DNA from: Mobula birostris
Taxonomy: Eukaryota
Reading direction: 5' to 3'
Length of the DNA: 64,000 nt
Assembly: GCF_030028105.1 (NCBI RefSeq)
Contig: NC_092383.1
Location: 97,611,604-97,675,603 of the forward strand
Made by a program: the position numbers and the translations under genes. Under the pieces are notes generated by a model, which made no database searches, was not told where the DNA came from, and worked only from the letters and a program-made list of their open reading frames with translations. Shown here piece by piece: positions 37,905-49,445 of the stretch (its first letter is position 1; each line of letters starts with the position of its first letter).

Positions 37905-39230
37905 ATAAGACCACAAGACATTGGTGCAGAATCAGGCCATTCAGCCCATCGAGTCAGCTGCAATATTTGATCAAGGCTGGTCCATTTCCCTCTCAATCCC
38001 ATTCTTCTGCCTTCTCCACATAATCTTCCATGCCCTGACTTATCAAGAATCCATCAACCTCAGCCTTGAATACACTCAATGATCTGGCCTCCAAAGCCAC
38101 CAGTGGTAACAAATTCCACAGAAGGAATACCCTCTGGCTAAAGAAATTCCTCCTCATCTCCTTTTCAAATAGACATCTCTCTATTCTGACATTGTGACCT
38201 CTAGTCCTGTACTCTCCCACAATCAGAAACATCCTCTCCACATCCAGTCTATCTAGTACTTTCAACATTCGATAGGTTAGAATGAGGTCCTCCCTCATTC
38301 TTCTAAATTTCAGTGAGTACTGTTCCAGAGCTATAGAATGTTCATATGACAAGACTCTCAAGTCCAGAAACATTTTCTGAACCTCCTCTGAACCCCCTCC
38401 AACATCAGCACATCTTTTCTTAGAGAAGTGCCTTTAGAGAATCCTGCACAAGGAATCACATGTCCCTAGGGTTTTGGCCTGAAACATCAATTGTACTCGT
38501 TTCCATAGATGAGTTCCTTCGATCTCCAGCATCTGCAGAGTTACTCTTGTTTGTGGTTGTATTCCCTTTGCACTTTGCATTTATGAATTTTCTCCCCGTT
38601 TAGAAAATAGTCTACCGTTTTATTCCTCCTCCCAAAGTGTATGACCACTTAGTTCCCAACACAATGTTTCATCTGGCACTTCTTTGCCCAGTCTCCTCAT
38701 CTGTCCAAGTCTTTCAGCAGCCTCTCTGCCTCTGCAACACTATTTGCCCCTCTAACTACCTTCATATCATCCACAAACTTGCCCACAAAGCCATCAATTC
38801 CATCATCGAAATCATTGATACAACGTTAAAAGAATAAGTCCCAACATCGCTACCTGTTGGAACACAATTTGCCAGCAGCAGCCAATCAAAAATGTTCACT
38901 GTATTCATACTTCTTGTCTCCTAATTATCCAATGATCTTCCAATCCCATGTCACCTTTTTTCAAGGATATGATTTATTTTTTATCAATAGGCTGTGCTTC
39001 ACCCTCTACCTACCTGCCTGTCATTTCAATACAATGTGTATCCATGGATTTTAAGCTCCTAACAATAACTTTCTTTCAGTTATGACTCAGTGATGCCCAC
39101 AACATCATACCTGTCAAGCTCTAACGGTGCTACAAGACCATCTATCTTGTTTTGCATGCAGCGTGCATTCAAATATAACACCTTCAGTTAACTGTTTTCC
39201 CTTTCATAAACTTGTCAGCCCCAGCTGATC
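37905..39230 (-). mobile_element. CR1 fragments (3' end 37905-38430; older piece 38600-39230) with a Penelope terminal remnant at about 38470-38555
   Basis: ORF 37993..38373 (EQYSLKFRRMREDLI..FFSQRV); ctccagcatctgcagag family tail. Confidence 0.75.
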
Positions 39231-39779
39231 AGTCACCCCGAGCTTCACAATGTACTGCAGCCCCACACTGTAACTTCCTGTTCCCCACCCACAATCCCTC
39301 CCGGGACATCCTTTCCAATTCTTATTGCCTGATTAACCATTGACATCCTGGAGGACAGTCCCAGAGGTTGGAGCCTGAGCAAAACCCAGGATGTCGGATG
39401 TCGTGAAGGGTCCTGTGAAGCCCCCGCCCCAAGATTCTGGGGCTGTGGACCGCCACACACTGCAAGAGGTTTATTGTTAATATTGTGCACTCCCTGCCAA
39501 CATGAACCAGTGAAGGTTTCACCAGTGAAATCACGCTCAGTCTTTCAGCCCTAGAGATTGGTGATGAGGTATCGGGCAGAGGGCACATTTTTTATCTGTG
39601 CACTGTCAAATTTAATAGCTTGGCCAGCATCTGTGGAGAGTTAATGTTTCAGGTCACACACGTCTCTCTCCACAGATACTGCCTGACTTGCCTCAGGCTT
39701 CCAGCAGTTCCTGATTTTCCTAGAGATTTCCAACTTGTACAATTGCTTTATATTTACTGCTTGAGATTGTCTACTTTAT

Positions 39780-39785
39780 AATAAA
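39780..39785 (+). terminator. Candidate polyadenylation signal for the CD2/SLAM-like gene
   Basis: First AATAAA noticed downstream of exon 6b, in an AT-rich context; would imply a 3' UTR of about 2.4 kb. Confidence 0.25.
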
Positions 39786-39845
39786 TTCTTATACAATATT
39801 TTCCCAGACCATTCTGTTGTTGGAGTTTGTTGGGCTGCAGCAGGT

Positions 39846-40370
39846 TTACTCAGATATGGATGGGTGCAGGGCCAGAGGGTGTTAGAGAGATGGATGGGTG
39901 GAAGGCCTGTAGGGATTTTTACAGAGAGGTGGATAGGTATAGGAGCCAGAAGGGGTTTCACAGAGACGTGATGGGTGTTGGGGCCATAGGGTATGACCGA
40001 GAGATAAGATGGGTACAGGGCCAGAGGGGATTACAGGGAGATGGATGGGTGGAAAGACTGTTGCTGTCTGGGCCAAAGTGGGATTACTGAGAAATGAATG
40101 AATGAATGTTAGGGTTGGAGGGGTTACAGTGAAATGGATATTTATAGGGGCCGGAAGGGGTTGCAGAGAGATGGGTGGGTGCAGGGTCTGGAAGAGGTTG
40201 TAGAGAGATGACTGGGTGTAGGGTCTGGAGGGGGTTACAGAGAGACGGATAGGTATAGGGGCCAGAGGGGGTTTCACAGAGACGGGACGGGCGTAGGGGC
40301 CACAGCGTATTACCGAGAGATGGGTGGATATAGGGTCTGGAGGGGATTACAGAGAGATGGATGGGATCCA
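39846..40370. repeat. G/A-rich minisatellite, about 37 bp unit, about 14 degenerate copies
   Basis: agagagatggRtgggtgYagggYcWggagggggttac-like units. Confidence 0.85.
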
Positions 40371-40619
40371 CGGGAAGGACACTGGAATTGAACACTGAAC
40401 TCTGACGCTCTGTGAAGCTCCTCACATCCCACCCTTTCACTGACCAACACCCATATGGCACTCCCTGCCTCCCACCCCCACCCCTGAGATTACTGGGTCA
40501 CTTCGGGGTTGGGGAGGAGACACTGAGGACAGATATTGACCCACAGCAGCACCCGTTTGCGTGTTGTCTTCCTTCTCGCACCCTGTTCCATTGCTTCCAC
40601 TTTCCTTCCCCCATTTCAG

Positions 40620-41400
40620 TCCCCGTGGTGCCCTCAGCTCCTCGCTCCCCATCTCCACCGTGGATCGGAGACGCGCGGCGGCGGAAGTTAGCTCATGGCG
40701 TTCTGTAATCTGATTGGACAGCCCATGGACAAGCGCTCTAGGATTGGCCGAAGTGGTTATGGAACAATCCAATTGAGCACCGTTATTACTGCACATCTGA
40801 TTGTCCGTCGCCTGGCTGCCGTGTTTACCGATTGGCTGCTGGAATACCGCACTCCCTGATTGGGTCGGCTGGAGGCAGCGCAATATGCCGCTGACAGGAC
40901 GGATAAGGAGACGCCGGACTGGTTCGCTGATGTGACGGTACTTCTGCGTTAACTGGACGCCTTAACCTACTCAAGTGCCTACGCGCGCTTTGAGTATTTC
41001 TACTTGTGCGGTGGTGTGTCTGCGTCGCTCGGCAATGCGCGCACGTCACGCATGCGCACTCAGCTGCCCGCGCAAGGCTTCATGGTCATGGTAGTCTCGG
41101 GCTAAACAAGACGCGAGCGTCATTTTTCGTGCGAAATGTGTCCTCCCTAATTTCGAAGCATTATGGAAAGCATTGCAGCCAGAGTTCCTTCCCTGCCCTT
41201 CAGTCGCACAATGAGAAGCTATTGCAGCGTAGGATGACATGCGATGCTACCAAGCGGACCAAAGACAGCAGCAGCCGTCTGTGTTGCCGCGACGCGCGGT
41301 TACATTTTGGTGCGCGTCGCAGCAACGCAGGCTTTCGCGTAGGGTTTGCGGCGACGTGTTGACGCAGACGTATAAAGGCTCATTTAAAACAACGATGTAA
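40620..41400. promoter_or_regulatory. CpG-island promoter-like region (NF-Y array, ETS, YY1-like, NRF1-like and CRE-like motifs)
   Basis: Dense CpG; ATTGG at 40713, 40743, 40831, 40859, CCAAT at 40769, ATTGT at 40800; CGGAAGT at 40682; CATGGCG at 40694; CACGTCA and CGCATGCGC near 41042-41057. No downstream gene identified. Confidence 0.7.
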
Positions 41401-41732
41401 TAAGTTTAATTGAATTAAAGTACGTTTGATGCAGATTCAAGATAGAGTGAAGCAATAGCAGAAAACTGACCAGCGCCCTCTAGGGGCGATGCTGCCAGTG
41501 ACGCTGCTCCTTAGGAAACACCCCTCTACGGGACAGTCCTCCAAGACAGCGCCACCATCCAAACTCCGTGCAATTACTGGATGGACACAACATTGTCTCT
41601 CAGCGAGCCCTGGCGACTCAGGTGAGGGTGACAACGACGAATCATATAGGTTTAACTGCCATGTCACCAATTGCCCCATAAAGACCAGGGATGTGGAGAT
41701 TGGAGCTATGAATCTGAATCAGAATCAGGTTT

Positions 41733-41931
41733 CACACATCAAAGTTGCTGGTGAACGCAGCAGGCCAGGCAGCATCTCTAGGAAGAGGTACAGTCGACGT
41801 TTCTTCCTAGAGATGCCCGGCCTGAAACGTCGACTGTACCTCTTCCTAGAGATGCTGCCTGGCCTGCTGCGTTCACCAGCAACTTTGATGTGTGTTGCTT
41901 GAAATTCCAGCATCTGCAGAATTCCTGTTCT
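41733..41931. mobile_element. Fold-back mini-Penelope element with perfect 14-bp TSD
   Basis: Perfect 71-bp inverted arms 41733-41803 / 41824-41894; TSD tcagaatcaggttt at 41719-41732 and 41932-41945. Confidence 0.9.
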
Positions 41932-41934
41932 TCA

Positions 41935-42185
41935 GAATCAGGTTTAATAGCAACAGCATATGTCATGAAATTTGTTGTCTTTGCAGCAGCAGTACAATGT
42001 AATACATAATAATAAAGAAAAAACTGTCAATTACAATAACTATATACAATAAATTAAATAAGTATTGTAAAATAAATATACATAAACAGTAGTGAGGTAA
42101 TAAAGTTAGTGAGTATTAAAGGATACAGATATTTTTTTTCATCAACTGCCTGAACAGGAAAAGATTGATAAGTGGTTCCAGGAAG
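41935..42185 (-). mobile_element. Rex-Babar LINE 3' end (its tail is the target of the element above)
   Basis: Reverse complement of the aaacctgattctgattc tail and AT-rich UTR. Confidence 0.6.
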
Positions 42186-43116
42186 GGGCACATCCCAACC
42201 AAGAGAGTTGGGCTGAATTTCAGCATATTAAGGCAGATACAAATTGAACCCTTTTTATAGCAACTAAATTCTGTCTACCATGTTGCTTTCTCAACAAATC
42301 ACACAGTTGACACGTGGAGTTGATGACACCATAGGAGATGACAAATCAACATGTACAAGGTGGTGGAAGAATCAGAGGACTAGCAAGGAGCTAATGTTGC
42401 TCCATTATTCAAGAATGGAACCATGGATAAACATTAGCTGAACGTGGAAAGGATAGATCCTCGACTCTCATGATACTGGTAGGAAACTTGCTGGAGAAGG
42501 TTTTTATAGATAGGATTTATGACAATTCGGATAACCATAGACTGATGAGATGTAGCCGGTATGTCTCTGTACGGGACAAATCATGTCTCCCTAATCTGAT
42601 TGTGTTTTCTAATGAGGTGACGAGGGTGATTGGTGAAGGAAGAACTGTGGATATGTGGCAATTGACAGGGTCAATCAGGGGCGGCTCATCCAGAAGATTA
42701 AGATGTATGGGGTCCATGGCGAATAGGCCATTTGGATTCAGAACTGGCTTGTCCATAGGAGGCAGACGGTAAAGGGAATAGGAGGGAGGAGTGGGGATGG
42801 AGAGAAGGACAACATGGGAAGAATGGATGAGGGGTTTGTGTTGAAGGTAGACTAACTGGATCTCAGACTCCTTCTTCCCCGCTGATCCATCCACTGTTCC
42901 CACCACGTCCCCCTGTCCCAGATGTTATGGTCACCCTTTCGAATCTCTGTGGAACCCAGAGACGCCTCTGGAATACATTGGCCTCAACCATAAACATGGT
43001 AGCAGAATTAGGCCATTAGGTCCGCTTTTCAATCATGGCTGATCCTTTTTCCCTTCCTCAGCCCCACTTCCCGGCCTTCTTCCCATAAGCTTTGGTGCCG
43101 CGACCAATCAACAACC

Positions 43117-43470
43117 TGTAGCCCCCCCGGCCAGCCTCAGGGTCGCTCGGCTCACTGTCGTCGAAGGGAAACAGCCCTCGGCCCCGTCAAACTGGGTAAT
43201 TAGTTTGTGTGGATGCTGTGTGATGTACCTCACCCCGCCCAAATAACAGACAATACACCAGATACGATTAAATGATTTACAGTTTATAGATATTACTGGA
43301 ACTATATAATTAATAGTGAATAAAATATAAAAGGAAAATAAAAGGCGCCACACTTATCAACGTTCAATCTCTTCGTGCACAAACAGTTGGAGCTCGGGAC
43401 CCTTCTTCTTCACCCTGCGACCCCTCGGACCACCTCGACCGGCCGCCTGGGACCAACAACGAGTCCCTCT
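43117..43470 (-). mobile_element. LTR 3' fragment
   Basis: On - strand ends ..ggggggctaca; shares the cacacagcatcc motif with other LTR-like copies. Confidence 0.5.
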
Positions 43471-44369
43471 CCGTCTCCCCTCCTCGCCGAATGCCCCGCT
43501 TGGGGTTCGACCCCTTTAGCGCACTCACAGCACCTGTTCTAAATGACCTCCACCCAACCATTCCAATCTCTGTAATCCCCTCTTTCACAATCTCTGTGAT
43601 TTCCTCCCTCCTCTTCAATCCTCTCCATCTTTATGGACTCAATTTATTGCTACATTTCCCCGTCTCTGTGACACCCACCTCCATCACATGCCCCAGTCTC
43701 TGTAAACCCTTCCATCTTCTACGCCCCTCTCTCACTAAGCTCCCCTCCCTGTCTTTCCATTCCCCTTCACCCCTCTCCCTGTATGCCCCTGTAACCCCTT
43801 GGATCGGTCCGCGGCGTTAGTTGAGAGAAGACCATTTCTGGCCCCGCCAATCGTGTGAAATTTCAGGTGCAAAACCTTCTGTTTCAGTGGATGCTGCGTG
43901 ATTTGTTCCCCTGTTCTAAATCAGTACCATGAAATAACAGGCCATGTACCATATACAATTAAGTGATTTAGCTTTATAATTCTGAATTTGACTAAAGGGT
44001 TAGTAAAGAAAACAAAAAGAGAAGGGCTCTTTTTAATGAGCGAATCTAATGAGCACAGGTTGGAGCTCACGGTTTCCCTATCACAGCCCGGTACAGAAAC
44101 ACCAATGCACTGGAAAGGAAAATACGACAAAATGTAGCGGATACGACCCAGTCCATCACCGGGGTAAAGCCCTCCCCACCATTGAACCCATCTACACAGA
44201 GCGCTGTCACAGGGAAACAGCGTCTATTATCAGGGATCACCACCTTACAGACATCCAACATCCTTCACGATATCTCTGAATTTACTGAAGTGATCCCCTA
44301 CATCCACATCCAAATCATTTCAAACGATAAAGTCTCCATGTAGTATCACTGATTACCGGTATCCAATCA

Positions 44370-45590
44370 CGAAAACCTGGATCCACCTCCTCTTATTTCG
44401 AAGCAATGATTTCATACAACATGCAAGTTGTCCTCGTCAAGATGGATCACACTGCTTTGGTGCAGAATGTAGTGCTCCCAGCCTGAGGCTTTCCATTCCA
44501 GGACGTCTAAGGTGTCCTCTTTCTTTAAGGATTCTGGTTTCCTTCTGCCGTCATCAATGATGCCCTCACCCGCATCTCCTCCATTTCCCACACTTCGGTC
44601 CTCACCCCATCCTCCCGCCACCACAAAAGGAACAGAGTTCCCTTGTCCTCACCTACCACCCCACCAGCCTTCGGATCCAGCACATTATCCTCCATAACTT
44701 CCGCCACCTTCAACAGGACCCCACAACTAAGCACATCTTTCCATCTCCACCCCTCTCCACTTTCCGCAGGGATCAGTCCCTCAGCGACTCCCTGGTCCAC
44801 ACGTCACTCCCCACTGATCTCCCACCCGGCACTTATCCCTGTAAGCGTAAGTGCTACACCTGTCCCTACTCCTCCTCTCTTGCCACCATTCAGGGCCCCA
44901 AACAGTCCTTCCAGGTGAGGCAACACTTCACTCGTGAGTCTGTTGGGCTCATCTATTGCATCCGGTGCTCCCGGTGCGGCCTCCTCTACATCGGTGAAAC
45001 CCGACGCAGATTGGGAGACTACTTCGTCGAGCACCTCTGCTCCGTTGGCCACAACAGACAGGATCTCCCATTTGCCACCCACTTCAACTCTGCTTCACAT
45101 TCCCATTCGGATATGTCCATACATGGCCTCCTCTACTGCCATGATGAGGGCAAACTCAGGTTGGAGGGGCAAAACCTCATATACCATCCAGGTAGTCTCC
45201 AGCCCCCTGGTATGAGCATAGAATTCTCCAACTTCCAGTAATTACCTCCCCCTCCCTTCCCCTATCCCTATTTCACTCTACCCCCTCCCCCAGCTGCCTA
45301 TTATCTCCCTCATGGTTCTACCTCCTTCTACTACCCATTGTGCTTTCCCCTATTCCTTCTTCACCTTTCCTGCCTATCACCTCCCTGCTTCCCCTCCCCC
45401 ACGGGGCAGTATCTTTCCCGTTACTGGTTCTCCTTCCCACCCTCCCCCCCTTCTTTATAGGGCCTCTGCCCCTTCCCTCTTCAGTCCTGACAAAGGGTTC
45501 CGGCCCGAAACGTTGACTGATCGTTTCCACGGATGCTGCCTGATCTGCTGAGTTCCTCCAGCGTGTTGTGAGTGTTGCGCCGATCAATAC
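44370..45590 (+). mobile_element. Penelope-like element 3' portion: linker zinc motif, GIY-YIG endonuclease, terminal repeat with hammerhead
   Basis: YPCKRKCYTCP (from 44840), then LIYCIRCSRCGLLYIGETRRRLGDYFVEH (GIY-YIG); pyrimidine tract; cagtc-ctgacaa-agggttccggccc-gaaa-cgtt-gactg at about 45482-45519. Confidence 0.9.
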
Positions 45591-45903
45591 TTTATTGCCT
45601 TCTGCAAATGATCTATTTGATTGTGCAGGGAAAATCTTAAATCTGACAAAGTCCTATTGGTTATTTCTGATCAGTGAACGCTTTTCCTGCCCCTCAGGAC
45701 TTTTCATTATCTCCCCTCCCACTAACGTATACCTCCACTGCACCCTTTATAAACCTTCGACGCCGTTCTTATAATGAGACGACCAGATCTGAACACAATA
45801 CTCCAAGAGTAGCCTAACCATGATTTTATAACGCTGCAGCATTCCCCTCGTTGCTCTTGAGTTCTGTCTCCCGACTAACGAAAGTCAAAACAACATACAG
45901 CTT

Positions 45904-46643
45904 CGTAACCAGCTAGAAGATAAGGAGCTGTGACGCTCAATTTAGGAATGCTGTGTCAGCCAGTTAGGATGATGGAACTGGGAGAAAGATCTGGAGAGAC
46001 CTGGACGGAGTGAGATTTGTGACGGACAGGATTTTCGCGGGATTTTTTTGGTGGGAGCTGCGGAGAGGACGGGGGTGGGGGGAGGATGGGGTGTGGCTGT
46101 GGGTGCCGTGAGAAGGAGCAACCCCCTTGCACGAAGCCAGATGAATGGCTGCAAGAATGGAGGCCACACCTCGCAAGGGAGCGCCCGTTTATTCGAGATG
46201 GGTTCTGAGCAACGTTCGGAAGGCGGTGTTTGCGTTCACGGAGACGGTGGGTCCAGCGCGTCAGTAAAAAAGGATAACTTCAAGATGAGCTTCACATTTA
46301 GATTGAGTTAACTGTAATCGGTCCTTTTTTCCTTTTATTTTCCCTCCTAACTGTACGATTAAGCCGAACATTTGTAAATATACTTTCTTTGTAACTTTAT
46401 GCGATGTAGACTGTTAATTCCTGCTCACCGACAATGGCGTACGGGTAGTATTTACACAGCATTCACTCAAATCGAGGTTTCATTACTCGGAACATCGCAG
46501 CATTCCTGTTTGGCTGAACCCCAGAACATACCGACCCTAGAGGTATCTTGATCATGAGAGGTGGGCTTCTCACCACGGACTCTCGTGGCTGTTCGCAGAG
46601 CCGGCTACTGAGCCGTCTCCATACGAGCCCGGTCAGGGTTACA
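45904..46643 (+). mobile_element. LTR-like sequence (probable solo LTR)
   Basis: (c/t)gtaacc ... ggttaca inverted termini; tacacagcattc motif. No TSD found. Confidence 0.5.
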
Positions 46644-46664
46644 TTTCATTCCAAAATCTTCCTC

Positions 46665-47870
46665 TGTCATGGTCCGGATCGGGGCCCCTTTAAATTTACC
46701 TTGTTTATGTTACGATCCGGACCATTGATTCCCTGTTTTCCTGTGTCCCTCGACTTTGGTGATTAGAGGCAATTAACACTCGGCTGAACCGGTAGTTTAT
46801 AGTCTCCGGCTTTCAGCCGTTCGGTGGGAGAGCGTCTGCAAAGTCATCAAAGCTACGGTGTGCCGATGTCATCTGGCCGCAGCAAGCCTCGTCTCTTCCG
46901 AAGCGAGTGCCTCTCCTCACCGGAGCAACCCTGTCCAGTTACCTCGCCGAAGCGAGCCTGCAATGTTTCCTCACCGAGGTGGGTTTACCCGCCGGAGGGA
47001 ATCAAGAACCGCTGTTTACTGTTCCCGGGCCGAGACGAGAGCTCGCCACTACCCGGAGGCTCCAAGTCAAGTCCTGGCTCCGGGGGCATTCAAGCAGCAA
47101 GTCAAGTCCTTGTCCTGGTGGCATTCAAGCAGCAAGTCAAGTCCTGGCTCTGGCGGCATTCAAGCAGTAAGTCATGTCCTGTTCCTGGTGGCTTCCAAGT
47201 TCTGAGTCAAGTCCTGGCGGTCTGTGATTCCTGTCCTACCCCCTTGTCTGAATCCCTTCTCTGCCCCTCTCGCCTCTAGCCCTCGTCTGCAGCCCCCGCC
47301 TGCACTTCAGTCTAGTTCCATCGCCGGAGCTCGGTAAGTACTGTCTGGTGTTCATTCGTGTTGGTCTTGTCTTGTCCTGTCCTCTGTGGGGTAACTCAGG
47401 CTGTCTCGTCGTTGCCCCGCGGAGAGTCATGAGTCCCAGCCCTATGTCCTGTACCCAAGGAGGGGTCCCGGCTCTCTGTTCTGTGTATGTGTCTATGGTT
47501 CCATGTACCTGCTCTCCCGAGACCGAGGCTCTGTTTTCACGTTCCTCCTCTCCCTAGCCCATGTCACGTCCTTGCCTAGTTCTGGGGTCCGAGCCCGAGG
47601 CAAGACCCAGGTACTGGGTCCTTGCCCAGTCTCGGGCTCGGAGTCCATACCCTAGCCTCTTCATGTCTCCTCTAATTCTGGGAGCGGATTCCGAGTCCTA
47701 GCCCAGACCCTTGGTCCCAGTCTAGGCATAGTCCTCAGTCCTCGGCCAGTTCGCTACTCCTGCTCCTACCTAGCTCTCCAGATATCGAACAATAAACTAA
47801 ATTTAATTGACCTCACAAGATGTCTTGCATTTGGGTCCACCCTTTCTCCCAAACCCCCGCCATTGCGATA
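46665..47870 (+). mobile_element. Solo LTR, copy 2 (same family as 24964-26219)
   Basis: Starts TGTCATGGTCCGGATC, ends ..gcgata (decayed gtgaca); 5-bp TSD tcctc (46660-46664 / 47871-47875); internal ~33-bp tandem repeats near 47065-47220. Confidence 0.88.
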
Positions 47871-49445
47871 TCCTCATGGTGTGCTTCTCAATGTCTTTGT
47901 TCCCATAGGGAGGTTATAGAACAGGACCAATGAGGGATTGTTCCTTTCCTGTGTCTGACTTCCACCGGTATTACAAGTGGACGAGCCCTCCGTGGCTGAG
48001 AAGTATTTGAGCTACATTTCTTTCATTTCAGTTGGTCTGTTATTTTGAACTAGTTCATTGGTGTAAGCTCATGGGATAATTCGAGACGATAAAGAGCTTT
48101 GAAATATTAAGAGGACGGTAGATGCTTCGCTATCCTGACGACAGAAAACCATTTCAGTATTCCTGAATCTGAGATTTGGCATTGTTTTATTTTGGATTGT
48201 GTAATTTGGACTAGATTAACAAGCCTAGTTTGAAAAACTGCTTTGGGGTGTTCTGCCATCCTGAGATTTCTTTTTGCACTCTGCTGCAATAGTTCATTTC
48301 CAGGCTTTGCTGGAAGATTTGAAGACATTTATGTGATTAAAGTTCTGGCTCAGTTTGAGGGTGTTTCTTTGTTTTTGTGGCTCAATGACATTTCCTGGTC
48401 TTTATGTGCTGAATAATTGGTCAATCTCGATAAATTCGGAGGATAAGACCGTTTGTCTAAAGAGATTGTCATTGCAGTCACAGCTCTCAAAGGCTTTCTG
48501 ATGGATTTATGTTGAAGACCCGTGTCATCTGTAATCCTGTGGTTGAAGATTATTCTGAGAAAACATAAGATGCTTTATACGATTTTCATTCTGAAAGTTT
48601 GGATAATAGTGCGATGTTCGTCTCTTTATAGTGAAGATTTTATCATTTCCTTTTCCTAGCTACTGTCCGAGGAAAGTGCAGAAGTCTTGGGTTCTACCTT
48701 GCAAGGTCTGATCTCGTAGGTTCCTCGCTGGGGACAAATTTCGGGGGACTTTGAAGTACATGGTGCATGTGCTTGACACTGGTTATTCTCTTTTTTAAAT
48801 GTTCATGAGCAGTTTAATCGGGCACTTCGTCGAAGAGTGTCTTTGAGGTCCGCAGTCGGCTAGCAGTGCGGGGGGGAAATGAATGAACCAAATTGAGTAG
48901 TCCTGTACTGCGGGTTGATGTTTGATATTCTATGTGTTGTTCACTCGCTTTTTCCCGTTTGTATAATTTGTTTTTTTTTCACGGTGGGTTTTTAATGTTT
49001 TCTGTGAACTGGTTCCATGCTGTTTCTTTGCTTCGTGTCTGCGTGTGGAATGACGAATCTCAGAATTCTGTTATGTAGACCCGCACATTCTTTATTAATA
49101 AATGTACTTTGAATCTGTTATGGACTAGTCTGTTGTGTTAATTTCTATCGTTTTATGGATCTGAGATTTTGGATTCTGAGAAAGTGATTTTTCTGCGTCA
49201 CTTATTGGATCTATTTGTTCTGGTTTTCCAGACATATGAACCAAATAACTATCTGCTCTTTAATGTCCGTGATTTAAGGTGTGTTTTTTTTTGAATTTCT
49301 GAGCCACCGCACGTGTTTATTACTTCAGTAGTAATTCGATGTATATCCTGGGAGAGCATATGGTTCTGAGAAGCTCTGTTGAAAATCTTTATTTGTATAA
49401 GCATGTTATACTGTATTATGTTTTATTGTACACATATATGCACTA

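Noticed and set aside
36225-40370. Regular repeat arrays as CRISPR-like loci
   Set aside because: Vertebrate context, no unique spacers and no cas genes; these are minisatellites.
41725-41966. Near-identical peptides on both strands (also 51222-51530) as real proteins
   Set aside because: Artefact of the inverted repeats of the mini-Penelope elements.
24964-47870. One 23-kb provirus bounded by the two LTRs
   Set aside because: Each LTR has its own distinct TSD, and no gag/pol or PBS lies between them.
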